This document shows positions 9,871 through 19,394 of a stretch of DNA of 64,000 nucleotides, piece after piece (position 1 is the first letter of the stretch; each line of letters opens with the position of its first letter). The notes under the pieces are model-generated. The model saw only the letters and a program-made list of their open reading frames with translations, made no database searches and was not told the origin of the DNA. Source of the DNA: an uncultured Actinomycetes bacterium (GTDB lineage Bacteria; Actinomycetota; UBA4738; HRBIN12). The stretch is taken from positions 864,001 to 928,000 of the forward strand of contig CAVPIB010000004.1 in assembly GCA_963704885.1 (NCBI GenBank), written 5' to 3'. Made by a program: the position numbers and the translations under genes.

Positions 9871-10386
9871 CTACCGTTCCACGAACCGGCGCAGGTCGGG
9901 CAGGTGGGCATCGGCGTGGCGGTAAAGACCCTTCGGCCCGCCGAGGATGGAGCCCAGGCGGACGGCGAGCGGACGGCCCCGGCCGAGGGGAGGCTGACGC
10001 CAGGCCGCAGTCGGCACCTGCTCGATGGCGTCGACGAGCTCACGGTGCGTGATGGCGGCTTGGTCCAAGATCCGTCTAGGCGTCAAGCCGGCGACCGCGG
10101 CGAGGGAGTCGGCGTTCACGCCGGTAAGGCCGCGCTCGCGGAGCGCGTCATCGATGGGGGCGCGTGCATCCTCCCCCCAGGCGTCGAGCGCCTCGACGGC
10201 GTGCCGCTCCCAGCTGGCGAGGTGGGCCACCAGATCCACCGGCGACCAGTCTCCTCCGCCGATGCCGGTCCGGACCAGCCGGCCCGCCGGGACCCGACCG
10301 AGCAGCGCGCGCAACTCGCGATCACCGCGTTCCAGTGTCGTGAGCACCTGACGCTTGGTAGGGATGCTTGGTTCGACCGCCACCAT
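9871..10386 (-). CDS. DinB/YfiT-like four-helix-bundle protein
   Basis: WSPVDLVAHLASWE and C-terminal HADAH metal/His motifs at the 3' end of ORF 9871-11481; ATG at 10386. Confidence 0.7.
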   Translation of the reverse strand: MVAVEPSIPTKRQVLTTLERGDRELRALLGRVPAGRLVRTGIGGGDWSPVDLVAHLASWERHAVEALDAWGEDARAPIDDALRERGLTGVNADSLAAVAGLTPRRILDQAAITHRELVDAIEQVPTAAWRQPPLGRGRPLAVRLGSILGGPKGLYRHADAHLPDLRRFVER

Positions 10387-10430
10387 CCATCGCTCCGCCG
10401 TAGCAAGGACGGCGCTACGGTACCCGAACG

Positions 10431-11819
10431 TCAGTCGTCGGTGATCAGGTGGGCCGTCTCGATCGCCGCAGCTGCCACCTGCCGGAACACGGGCTCCAGG
10501 TCGGACGTCCCCGGGGTGCAGAAGTAGTGATCCCCATCCTGGTTCTCGCTCGGCCCGCAGCCTCCGGGAACATCGTCGATCGTGGGCTGCGTGGCCGCGT
10601 AGGCGAGGTTGGTGGTGGCGGGACGGTTCCTGAAGAGCGCGCTGTCGCTGCCGGAGCAGTTCACCGGCGGGCTGTCCAGCCCATAGGCGATCGTGAAGAT
10701 CGTCTGGCCCTCGTTCTTGGCGATCGTCGCCTTGTTGTTGAAGTAGCCGCACGGCTGCATGGTGCTGGGTTGGTTCGCCTGGCCGTCCGTCATGAAGATG
10801 ATCACGTCGGGCACGTCGTCTCGACCCTGGGTCGCGAGCATCTCGCGTGCCGCGTCCAGCGGGTCGCCCAAGTTCGTGTGGTTGCCGCTCGGCGTTCCGC
10901 CCTGCGACCGAGCCCAGACGTAGTTCTCCGCCCGCTGCAGGCAGTTGATCTGCTGCACCAAGGGATCCGACAGATTGATCGATCCGTCGGCCCGCTTGTA
11001 GCCCTGGCTCAAGGCGGCGTTCTGCCACGTGGAAGCAGCGGAGTTCGGATACAGCTGGTAGGTGGGCGGAGTCGCCCACCGATCCCCGTAGGCGATGCAC
11101 TTGTTCGACGACTGGCCGTACGGCAGCGCGACCATCCCTATCCACTGCGAGGCAGGCTCGTAGAAGTCGAGCACCGAGAGGGCCGCGTTCTTCACGTTGG
11201 TGACGTCGCTCGGCGTCATGCTCCCGGTCCGGTCGAGCACCATCACCACGTCGATGGGAGACGAGGCGGCGCCACACGCCCCCTTGCACGACGCGGCGCT
11301 CACCGCTCCGGTCGAGCCCGAGTTGATGCCGATCACGGGCGCGAAGAAGTAGGGGATGGAGTTGGCCGTCGACAGACGGATGGTGTTGCACTTGTCGCCC
11401 GCGAACGGATCGCACGCGTGGGTGGACCTCCCGGCGCGCGTGGTCCAGCCGGACGACCAGTTGCCGGATGTGGGGCCACATACGAACGGGATGTCGGAGG
11501 CGTCGGGCACGCCGTCGCCGTCACGATCGCCCACCACGCACTTGTAGGAGATGTTCACGCCGACCGAGGCGATCTGCGGCGCATTGGCCACGGCCACGGT
11601 CCTCGCCACATCGGATGCGATGGTCGCTTGCGACGAGCCCTCCACGGGAAGGTCCTGGGCGCCCGCCAGGGCGCCGAAGTCCACCGCGTTCTGCAGGACC
11701 TGGCGCTCGTGGTACAGCCTGCTGATGTCGATCACGAACGCGACAGCAGCGAACAGGATGACGATCGTCAGCGCGAACAGCACGGCGATCGCGCCTCGCT
11801 CGTCCTTAAGACGCTTCAT
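10431..11819 (-). CDS. TadG-like Flp pilus-associated protein with vWA domain
   Basis: Prepilin-like N-terminus MKRLKDERGAIAVLFAL, LQNAVDFGALAGA, MIDAS motif DRTGSM, TNLGDPL and FMTDGQAN. Confidence 0.85.
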   Translation of the reverse strand: MKRLKDERGAIAVLFALTIVILFAAVAFVIDISRLYHERQVLQNAVDFGALAGAQDLPVEGSSQATIASDVARTVAVANAPQIASVGVNISYKCVVGDRDGDGVPDASDIPFVCGPTSGNWSSGWTTRAGRSTHACDPFAGDKCNTIRLSTANSIPYFFAPVIGINSGSTGAVSAASCKGACGAASSPIDVVMVLDRTGSMTPSDVTNVKNAALSVLDFYEPASQWIGMVALPYGQSSNKCIAYGDRWATPPTYQLYPNSAASTWQNAALSQGYKRADGSINLSDPLVQQINCLQRAENYVWARSQGGTPSGNHTNLGDPLDAAREMLATQGRDDVPDVIIFMTDGQANQPSTMQPCGYFNNKATIAKNEGQTIFTIAYGLDSPPVNCSGSDSALFRNRPATTNLAYAATQPTIDDVPGGCGPSENQDGDHYFCTPGTSDLEPVFRQVAAAAIETAHLITDD

Positions 11820-11848
11820 GAGCCCTTCGCGTCCGGGGGGCGTTCGCC

Positions 11849-12307
11849 TCATTGCCCCTCGAACCTGGACTCGGACTGCGAGTGCAGGGACAGGGTCGGA
11901 CCCAGACCGGGAACGAACGACCCCACCGGCGTGATCATGTCGTACTCGTAGTCCACGACGACCCTGACGATGTCGCCCTCGACCCACGTGGAGCCCGCCG
12001 GGCATGCGGAGAAGGTGCTGCCGCCGCGGCTGCAGAGCACGCTGATCGTGAGCTTCGATTGGTCGAGGGTCTCTCCGGAGTCGCGCACTCGATCGGTGAT
12101 CGCGCTAACGCTGGAGTTCACCGCAGCGGTGCGTGCGCCCTCACGAGCGGAGTTCACGGCGTTGTTCCATGAGTGGAAGGCGAACCCGAAGTCGATGATG
12201 CCGAACACCAACATGAAGAACAGGGTCGCTACGATCGCGAACTCCACGGCCGCCGCGCCCTTCTGTTCCCGGTGGAACCTGCTCCGGATGCGCTGTGAAC
12301 TCTTCAT
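11849..12307 (-). CDS. TadE-family pseudopilin
   Basis: REQKGAAAVEFAIV...GIIDFG...AREGAR signature. Confidence 0.9.
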   Translation of the reverse strand: MKSSQRIRSRFHREQKGAAAVEFAIVATLFFMLVFGIIDFGFAFHSWNNAVNSAREGARTAAVNSSVSAITDRVRDSGETLDQSKLTISVLCSRGGSTFSACPAGSTWVEGDIVRVVVDYEYDMITPVGSFVPGLGPTLSLHSQSESRFEGQ

Positions 12308-12404
12308 TCGCTCCCTCACGAGGAAGACAGAACGCCAAGAGCAACGCTAGGGTTCGGGGCGCATTGGCGGTATTCCGTGTTTCCCGCAGGGCGCTTACGT
12401 ACTT

Positions 12405-13349
12405 CTACGTACGTGTATCGGGGTGGTCAGGGTCATCCACCGGTCCGCTGGGTAGATCCAGCTTCCCTGCCACGCGTCCGAGCCGCTCCATGTAGGCCAC
12501 GATCTTCTCGCGCGCCAGCTCGGCCTCATCGGAAAGACCCTCTAGCTCCGCCAGCCGCCAATGCGACAACAGGACAGGCGTGAGCACCTGCTCCAAGTGG
12601 ATCCGGAAGTTGTAGACGCCGGCCGCCGCCATGCGCTTGGCCTTGCCGGCGAACCCCGGCATGGCCGCACCGGGCATCTGGAAGTTGGTCACCTGGCGGT
12701 GCATGGAGAGAACGGCGGACGAGGGGTCGATCTCCAGGGCCGCCGCGACCATGTCCCGGTAGAACACGTAGTGGAGGTTCTCGTCGGTGGCGATGCGCGA
12801 CGTCAGTCGGATGGCGCTCTCGTCCTCGGTGATGAGGCCGGTGTTGCGGTGCGAGATCCGGGTCGCCAGCTCCTGCATCGTGGTGAAGACCACGGTGTCG
12901 AGTGGGCCGAGCAGCGGCCACTCGGGGTAGTAACCGAGCTCCACCATCTCCATGCGGCCCCGCTCCAGCGGCACGGGATCGATGCCGCGGGTAACCGTGA
13001 GGTAGTCGCGCAGGACGATCGAGTGCCGGCCTTCTTCGGCCGTCCAGCGCCGCAACCACTCGCCCCACGCCTCGTGCCGCCCGAACGCGTCCCAGAGGTT
13101 GAGGTGATAGTAGGGCAGGTTGTCCTCGGTGAGCAGGTTCACCTCTAGCGAGACCGTAGCGATGTCGGAAAGGCGGCTGTCCGAGGGCTGCCACGGCTCC
13201 GCGATGAAGTTGCGTCCTTCCTCATAGGGGACGTACTCGTGCGGGAACCACTCAGCGGTGGTGGCGAGGTGGCGCTCAAGGCCGCTCGTCACTGCCGGCG
13301 CCAGCTCACTCAACAGGTCGGCTGACGCGACCGCGGGGACAACCTTCAT
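12405..13349 (-). CDS. Acyl-ACP desaturase (DesA-like di-iron)
   Basis: Motifs WFPHEYVP, LTEDNLPYY, WTAEEGRH, QELATRISH and DENLH. Confidence 0.9.
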   Translation of the reverse strand: MKVVPAVASADLLSELAPAVTSGLERHLATTAEWFPHEYVPYEEGRNFIAEPWQPSDSRLSDIATVSLEVNLLTEDNLPYYHLNLWDAFGRHEAWGEWLRRWTAEEGRHSIVLRDYLTVTRGIDPVPLERGRMEMVELGYYPEWPLLGPLDTVVFTTMQELATRISHRNTGLITEDESAIRLTSRIATDENLHYVFYRDMVAAALEIDPSSAVLSMHRQVTNFQMPGAAMPGFAGKAKRMAAAGVYNFRIHLEQVLTPVLLSHWRLAELEGLSDEAELAREKIVAYMERLGRVAGKLDLPSGPVDDPDHPDTRT

Positions 13350-13505
13350 CCAGGAGCTCCTCGTTTCGACGTTCGCCAAGGGTACCGGACGTCCAAGCCG
13401 TTCCGTCGATGGTCTGCACTTCGCGCTTCGGGTTCAAGTTCACGCGCGCGCGTCGCCGATAGCAGCCAGGTGAGGGGGAGCCAGACCATCGAACGCGAAG
13501 AAGCT

Positions 13506-15038
13506 ATGCCTGCCCTCTCGCGACGCGCGCTGCTCCGCGGCGCCGCTTTGGGGACCGCGGTCGTGGGGTCGGGAGCCGCTTCTGTCTTGCTGGGCGCCAC
13601 CCCCGCTGAGGCGGCTGCCAGCTTCGCCCCCAAGGATCGGGAACTGCACCTGCTACGCCGGGCCACGCACGGACCCACGCCGGCAACGCTCGCCGAGATC
13701 CGCAGGATGGGGGCCGACAGGTGGCTCGACCAGCAGCTGAAGCCGGGCTCGATCAACGACCAGGCGTGCGAGCAGCTGATCAAGAGCCGCTTCCCCCGAC
13801 TGCAGTGGAGCGTCGTCCAGGCCACGAACACCCTCGACTTCGGATGGGACCTGATGTTCGACCTGGGGGTCGCCTCGATCGCCAGGGCGGCGTGGAGCAA
13901 GCGGCAACTCCTCGAGGTGATGGTCGACTTCTGGTCGAACCATCTGAACGTGACTAACCCGAGCGATGGGGTCTGGTCCACGCGGCACGACTACGACCGG
14001 ACCGTTATCCGCAAGCACGCACTGGGCAAGTACTCCGACATGCTTGTCGCCTCGGCGACGCACCCGTCGATGATGGTCTACCTCAACAACGCCGAGTCCA
14101 CCAAGGACCAACCCAACGAGAACTACGGGCGCGAGCTGTTGGAGCTCCATTCGGTCGGCGTGGAAGCCGGGTACAGCGAGGAGGAGATGTACAACTCCAC
14201 GCTGATCATGACCGGGTTCGCGATCGACTGGGAAACATACCTATTCAAGTACTACCCGGACTGGCACTACACGGGAAACGTGAAGGTCCTCGGGTGGTCA
14301 TCCAGCAACTCGAGCGAGAACGGCCGTGACCTGGGGCTCAAGTACGTTCGCTACCTGGCGCACCACCCAGCGACCGCCAGGCGGATCGCCAAGAAGCTCT
14401 GCGAACGGTTCGTCGGCGACAAGCCTCCCGCCCCACTGGTGACCCTCCTCGCCAAGACCTACCTGAATAACGACACGGCGATCGTCCCGGTTCTGCGCGC
14501 GCTGTTCGCGTCGAAGTCGTTCGCCGACTCGGTGGGACAGAAGGTCCGCCGACCGCGGGAGGACATCGTGGCCACCCTGAGGGCGCTCGGCGTGGGCCCC
14601 GACACGGGGGGCGGAACCGAGGGCATGCAGGGCCTCTACTGGATGATCAGCGATCTAGGCGACCTGCCGCTCGCCTGGTCGCAGCCGAACGGCTACCCCG
14701 ACACGGCCGATGCGTGGCGATCCGCCGGGAGCAGCCTGGGCCGGTGGAACAGCCACATGTCGCTCGCGGCGCACTGGTGGCCGTCCCAGCTCTCGCTCCC
14801 CGACCTGCGCAAACACCTGCTGCCCAAGAAGCTCCCGAAGACGCATGGCGAGATGATCGACGAGCTCGCAAAGAGACTGGTCTTCCGGGCGCTCAGCTCG
14901 AACCACCGCGCGGCCGTGCTCGGGTTCTTGAGGAAGGGCGCCAACGCCCCCCTGAGCGAGGGCGACAACGCGGTCAACGACCAGCTTGCGTCCGTCGTGG
15001 CGCTGATCCTCGACTCCCCCTACTTCCAGGTGCGGTGA
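13506..15038 (+). CDS. DUF1800-family protein with Tat signal
   Basis: SRRALL Tat signal, HLLRRAT, FWSNH, MMVYLNN and PNENYGRELLELH. Confidence 0.88.
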   Translation: MPALSRRALLRGAALGTAVVGSGAASVLLGATPAEAAASFAPKDRELHLLRRATHGPTPATLAEIRRMGADRWLDQQLKPGSINDQACEQLIKSRFPRLQWSVVQATNTLDFGWDLMFDLGVASIARAAWSKRQLLEVMVDFWSNHLNVTNPSDGVWSTRHDYDRTVIRKHALGKYSDMLVASATHPSMMVYLNNAESTKDQPNENYGRELLELHSVGVEAGYSEEEMYNSTLIMTGFAIDWETYLFKYYPDWHYTGNVKVLGWSSSNSSENGRDLGLKYVRYLAHHPATARRIAKKLCERFVGDKPPAPLVTLLAKTYLNNDTAIVPVLRALFASKSFADSVGQKVRRPREDIVATLRALGVGPDTGGGTEGMQGLYWMISDLGDLPLAWSQPNGYPDTADAWRSAGSSLGRWNSHMSLAAHWWPSQLSLPDLRKHLLPKKLPKTHGEMIDELAKRLVFRALSSNHRAAVLGFLRKGANAPLSEGDNAVNDQLASVVALILDSPYFQVR

Positions 15039-15042
15039 CCAG

Positions 15043-16338
15043 ATGACGACAGAGACATCGAGCGATCCGAACGCTCCCAAGCTGAAGGCGTGTGGCTGCC
15101 CGGAGACGGGCATCTCCCGCAGAGACTTCCTGAAGAGCGCCGCCGCCGCAGGCGTGATAGCCAGCGTTGCCTCGGACACGCTCGCCACCCGGCTCGCCTT
15201 CGCCGCCTCGCCGTACACGGGCGACGTCCTGATCGTCCTGTCTCTGCGGGGTGGGTTCGACGGGCTGCAGGCGATCGTGCCCGCAGCCGACCCCGATTAC
15301 CTGACGTGGCGGCCGAACGTCGGCATCCCTACATCCACGCTGATCCAGCTGGACGCCACGTTCGGGATGCACCCGGCCATGGCCCCGCTCAAGCCGCTCT
15401 GGGACTCGGGGCAGTTCGGCGTCGTCCAGGCAGTGGGTCAGGAGCAGCCGAACCGCTCGCACTTCTCGGCCATGGAGGAGATGGAGCGGTCGGCGCCGGG
15501 GGCGTCGGTCCGAACGGGCTGGATCGATCGCGTCCTTGGTGGTCGCGGCACCGGCAGCGCGTTCCAGGGGATGCAGGTCGGCAGCGGGATGGCTGCGCCT
15601 GCCTTCCTGGGACCCAGCGCGGAGCTGGCGGTCTGGTCCGTGGATTCGTTCGGCCTGGACGCGGCGTGGGACGCCGAGCAGCGCGGTCTGTGGGATGCGG
15701 CGCTCCGCGGTCTGCATACGGGCGCGCCCGACAGCCTGAAGCAGCCGGCGAACGCCGCACTCGGCGCGCTCAACACCACATCAGCGATGCAGGCGGCGGG
15801 TTACGTGCCGGAGGGCGGCGCTGCCTATCCGGACGGCTACCTGGGAGACGCTCTCATGGACGTCGCGCGCCTGATCAAGGCGAACGTGGGCTTGCAGGTG
15901 GCGGCCGTGGACTACGGCGACTGGGACATGCACGCTGGGATGGGCACGGTGGACGACGGGTGGCTGTTCGAACACCTCACGGAGCTATCGCAGGCTCTCG
16001 CGGCGTTCGCGACAGATCTGGGTCCGTTCATGGCCAACGTGACCCTGGTGACGCTCACGGAGTTCGGCCGCCGGGTGGAAGAGAACGGCTCAGGCGGCAC
16101 GGACCACGGCTTCGGCCAGCTGGTCCTGCTGCTCGGCGGCGGGGTCGAGGGTGGCATGGTTCACGGGGTCTGGCCCGGTCTGGCTCCCTCCAGCCTGATC
16201 GACGGCGACCTGAACGGCACGAACGACTACCGAACGGTGCTGGCCGAGATCTTGGAGAAGCGCTGCGAGGCCAGTTCGGTCAACCAGATCTTCCCGGGCG
16301 TGCCGTCCAGCCGGATCGGCGTCGTCCGCCCGCGCTGA
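15043..16338 (+). CDS. DUF1501-family protein with Tat signal
   Basis: SRRDFLK Tat motif, LRGGFDGL, NRSHF, WDMH and TEFGRRVEENGSGGTDHG. Confidence 0.9.
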   Translation: MTTETSSDPNAPKLKACGCPETGISRRDFLKSAAAAGVIASVASDTLATRLAFAASPYTGDVLIVLSLRGGFDGLQAIVPAADPDYLTWRPNVGIPTSTLIQLDATFGMHPAMAPLKPLWDSGQFGVVQAVGQEQPNRSHFSAMEEMERSAPGASVRTGWIDRVLGGRGTGSAFQGMQVGSGMAAPAFLGPSAELAVWSVDSFGLDAAWDAEQRGLWDAALRGLHTGAPDSLKQPANAALGALNTTSAMQAAGYVPEGGAAYPDGYLGDALMDVARLIKANVGLQVAAVDYGDWDMHAGMGTVDDGWLFEHLTELSQALAAFATDLGPFMANVTLVTLTEFGRRVEENGSGGTDHGFGQLVLLLGGGVEGGMVHGVWPGLAPSSLIDGDLNGTNDYRTVLAEILEKRCEASSVNQIFPGVPSSRIGVVRPR

Positions 16339-16353
16339 CGGGACATCCCTTCG

Positions 16354-16439
16354 TGCCCGGGGTGGGATTCGAACCCACACGCCCCGCTAGGGGCAGGCGC
16401 TTTTAAGGCGCCGTCGTCTGCCAGTTCCGACACCCGGGC
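16354..16439 (-). tRNA. tRNA-Leu(UAA), CCA not encoded
   Basis: The reverse complement folds as a class II tRNA: GCCCGGG acceptor stem, anticodon arm GGCGC-CTTAAAA-GCGCC, long variable arm and GGTTCGAATCCC T arm. Confidence 0.95.
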
Positions 16440-16452
16440 TGGGCACACGATG

Positions 16453-17427
16453 CTAGCCGCTGACGGGCCGTTGAGGGACGTGTTCCCCTCGACCGGCGAT
16501 CCATCCGATCGTTCGGCGGAGTCCTTCCTCGAACGTGACGGTCGGTCGGTAGCCGAGTCCCTCGAGCGCCGCGCCGATATCGCTCCAGCTATCGCGGATC
16601 TCACCGCGTCGCGCCGGTCCATGGACCGCTTCCGGGTGATCGCCGGGAACGAGGGAGCGGATCGTGGTCAGGAGTTCGTTCACCGTCCGACGCTCGCCTC
16701 GGCCGATGTTGAACGCGCGACCCCACGCCGCCTCGGGTGCCGTCGATGCCAGAAGGTTGGCGCGTACGACGTCCTCCACGAAGACGAAGTCGCGCGCTTG
16801 CTCGCCGTCACCGAACACGGTGGGGATCCCGCGGGCCAGGGAGAGCGAGATGAATCGCGGGATCGCCGACGCATAGTCGGAGCTCGGGTCCTGTCGCGGA
16901 CCGAAGACGTTCAGGTATCGCAGGGCGACCGTGGGCAGTCCCCAGGTGCGGGTGAACGCCTCGAGGTAGCGCTCCCCGGCCAGTTTGGAAACCCCGTACG
17001 GAGATACCGGACGCGTGGGCATAGCCTCGTGGAGCGGAAGCACATCGGAGTTCCCGTAAACCGCCGCGGATGACGCGTAGACCACACGCTCTACCTCGGC
17101 GTCTCGCGCGGCCACCAGGACGTTCAGCGTTCCCGTCACGTTGACCTGGTTGGTGGCGACCGGGTCGTCGACGGAACGCGCTACGGATGGGATGGCCGCC
17201 TCATGGAACACGAGTTGAGATCCGCGGACGGCTCGAGCCACAGCGTCTAGATCGCGCACGTCGCCGTCGATCAGCTCGATGTCGGCAGAGACATCCGCCA
17301 GGTTGTCGAGCCGGCCGGTCGAGAGATCGTCCAGGACGCGCACACCGTGCCCCTCGTTCAACAGGGCGTGCACCAGGTTGGAACCTATGAAGCCGGCGCC
17401 TCCGGTAACGACACTAGTCTGACTCAT
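16453..17427 (-). CDS. NAD-dependent nucleotide-sugar epimerase/dehydratase (extended SDR)
   Basis: GGAGFIG, YGVSK and RYLNVFGPRQDP motifs. Confidence 0.92.
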   Translation of the reverse strand: MSQTSVVTGGAGFIGSNLVHALLNEGHGVRVLDDLSTGRLDNLADVSADIELIDGDVRDLDAVARAVRGSQLVFHEAAIPSVARSVDDPVATNQVNVTGTLNVLVAARDAEVERVVYASSAAVYGNSDVLPLHEAMPTRPVSPYGVSKLAGERYLEAFTRTWGLPTVALRYLNVFGPRQDPSSDYASAIPRFISLSLARGIPTVFGDGEQARDFVFVEDVVRANLLASTAPEAAWGRAFNIGRGERRTVNELLTTIRSLVPGDHPEAVHGPARRGEIRDSWSDIGAALEGLGYRPTVTFEEGLRRTIGWIAGRGEHVPQRPVSG

Positions 17428-17434
17428 ACTAGTA
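17412..17434. promoter_or_regulatory. Near-palindrome CACTAGTCTG-ACT-CATACTAGTA overlapping the epimerase start codon
   Basis: Left arm is identical to the perfect palindrome at 41388-41410, and the right arm has 2 mismatches. Confidence 0.5.
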
Positions 17435-17550
17435 AGCTCCAGAGGGAGGCTCCTATATCGCCGCAGGCGTAGTGCGCTTCGGACACCGACCGAACCTAAC
17501 AGGCGACCACCGGCAGGTGGCGCCCCGGACTATGCCGCTACCATCGATCG

Positions 17551-18546
17551 ATGCGAGACCTAGTGTCGTTGCCCAAGACGGAATTGCACATCCATCTCGA
17601 GGGTTCGATCCGCGTCGCTACGGTGTTGGACCTGGCCGACCGCAGAGGACGTCCGGCGCCGGATGCGCTGGGGCCGGACGGGATCTGGCGCTTCGACGGG
17701 TTCGCGCACTTCATCGACTCCTACGGTGAGGTGTGCAACCTGCTCCGAGATCAGGATGACTTCCGGCGGGTCGGTACTGAGTTCTGCGAAGACCTGGCAG
17801 CACAAGGGATCCGGTATGCCGAGGTGGTCTTCTCGCCGGCGCAGCACGCTGGTCGGCTGGGCGACTGGTTCGGTCCGATAGAGGCCGTGCTGGACGGCTT
17901 CGCGGCCGGCGAGCGCGAGCACGGGATCGTTGCCCGGCTGGAGCCTGACTTCATCCGCGACATGGACGAGGAGAGCAACCAGGGGACGCTCGAGGTCGCG
18001 CTGAAGTACGCGGGACGCGGCGTGGTGGCGATCAACTCGGCCGGCAGCGAGCGTCAGCCCGTCGATCGATACGCGCACCTGATGCGGCAGGCGATCGAGG
18101 CAGGATTGCCCTCCGTTCCTCACGCCGGCGAGTGGGCCGGGCCCCAGAACGTGTGGGAGACGCTCCAGACCCTGCAGCCGTCTCGGATCGGTCATGGAGT
18201 CCGCTCCATCGAGGACCCCGCGCTGGTCGCACACCTGGCCGAGATCGGGATACCCCTCGAGATATCTCCCTCGTCGAACGTGGCGACTGGGGTGTTCGCG
18301 TCGCTCCAGGAGCATCCCTTCCCGAAGCTCCGCGAGGCAGGGGTGGTGGTGACGCTCAACTCGGATGACCCGGCGATGTTCGGATCGTGGCTGAGCGACG
18401 AGTACCGGGTGGCCCGTGAGGTGTTCGGCTATGACGACAAGGAGTTGGCCGATATCGCGCGGGCAGGCGTGGGGGCGTCGTTCGCGGACGACGGACTGAA
18501 GGCGCTGATCGAGCGAGACATCGACGGTTGGCTGGCGGTCGGCTGA
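17551..18546 (+). CDS. add: Adenosine/adenine deaminase
   Basis: PKTELHIHLEG, HAGE, RIGHG and NSDDP motifs. Confidence 0.88.
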   Translation: MRDLVSLPKTELHIHLEGSIRVATVLDLADRRGRPAPDALGPDGIWRFDGFAHFIDSYGEVCNLLRDQDDFRRVGTEFCEDLAAQGIRYAEVVFSPAQHAGRLGDWFGPIEAVLDGFAAGEREHGIVARLEPDFIRDMDEESNQGTLEVALKYAGRGVVAINSAGSERQPVDRYAHLMRQAIEAGLPSVPHAGEWAGPQNVWETLQTLQPSRIGHGVRSIEDPALVAHLAEIGIPLEISPSSNVATGVFASLQEHPFPKLREAGVVVTLNSDDPAMFGSWLSDEYRVAREVFGYDDKELADIARAGVGASFADDGLKALIERDIDGWLAVG

Positions 18547-18571
18547 GGCCGGCCGGCCGGCAGGAAGGCCG

Positions 18572-19381
18572 CTACCGCTCCGAGATGTTGATGGACTCGA
18601 TGTAGACGGTCTGCGTCGGGACGCTGTTCTCGCCGGGCAGACCGGGATTCTCGGTTCCGCTGATCGCTCCGATCTGGCGCACCACGTCGAAGCCCTTGAT
18701 GACCCTGCCGAAGATCGTGAAGCTCCCCTGCGGCGAAGGATCCAGTTGCGGCGTCGGCTTCAAGGTGATGAAGAACTGACTCCCGTTGCTGTCGGGGCCA
18801 CTGTTCGCGTAGGCCAGGACACCCCTCTTCGCGAAAGTTACGTCGGGCGTGGTCTCGATCTTGAACCCGTAGCCGGGACCGCCCGTGCCGTCGCCCTTCG
18901 GATCGCCACCTTGGATCACGAAGTCGGCGACGATCCTGTGGAACGTGAGCCCGTCGTAGAACCCGTCCTCCGACAGGAAGATGAAATTGTTCACGCCGAT
19001 GGGGGCGGCCTTCTGGTTCAAGAGGACCTCGATCTCGCCGCACGAAGTAACGATCGTCGCCGTGTAGGTGGCCTTCCTATCGATGATCATCTTCGGGGGC
19101 TTCTTGTACGTCTGCTTCTGCACGCCGGCGTCTGCAGGAACGGATCCACCGCAGGCGACCGTAGCCTCGGCCGGGCTCTCGCTGGTGCTGGGCGTTGGGC
19201 TCGCGGCCACCTCGTCGCCGCCGTCGAACACGAACAGAGCGAGTACCGCGACCAGACCTATCGCCAGGACCAAACCGATCGCACCGAGGATGCGATCGCG
19301 ACGTCGGCGCCTGAGATCGCGCTCGGCCTGACGGCGGGCGGCAAGCTTCGCGAGATGGCGTTCTCGGGATCGTTTGGACAT
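18572..19381 (-). CDS. Membrane-anchored cyclophilin-type peptidyl-prolyl isomerase
   Basis: N-terminal TM segment, FYDGLTFHRI, QGGDPKGDGTGGPGY and NGSQFFIT. Confidence 0.93.
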   Translation of the reverse strand: MSKRSRERHLAKLAARRQAERDLRRRRRDRILGAIGLVLAIGLVAVLALFVFDGGDEVAASPTPSTSESPAEATVACGGSVPADAGVQKQTYKKPPKMIIDRKATYTATIVTSCGEIEVLLNQKAAPIGVNNFIFLSEDGFYDGLTFHRIVADFVIQGGDPKGDGTGGPGYGFKIETTPDVTFAKRGVLAYANSGPDSNGSQFFITLKPTPQLDPSPQGSFTIFGRVIKGFDVVRQIGAISGTENPGLPGENSVPTQTVYIESINISER

Positions 19382-19394
19382 CCGGCCGACGAGG

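Noticed and set aside
9871-11481. 536-aa ORF as a single gene
   Set aside because: The 5' two-thirds is an alternative frame of the TadG-vWA gene; only the 3' DinB-like part (from 10386) looks coding.
16354-16439. bldA-style TTA-codon regulation
   Set aside because: TTA codons occur in ordinary genes here (pmt twice, DUF3052, nitroreductase, prsA, DAO), so no restriction to a regulon is evident.
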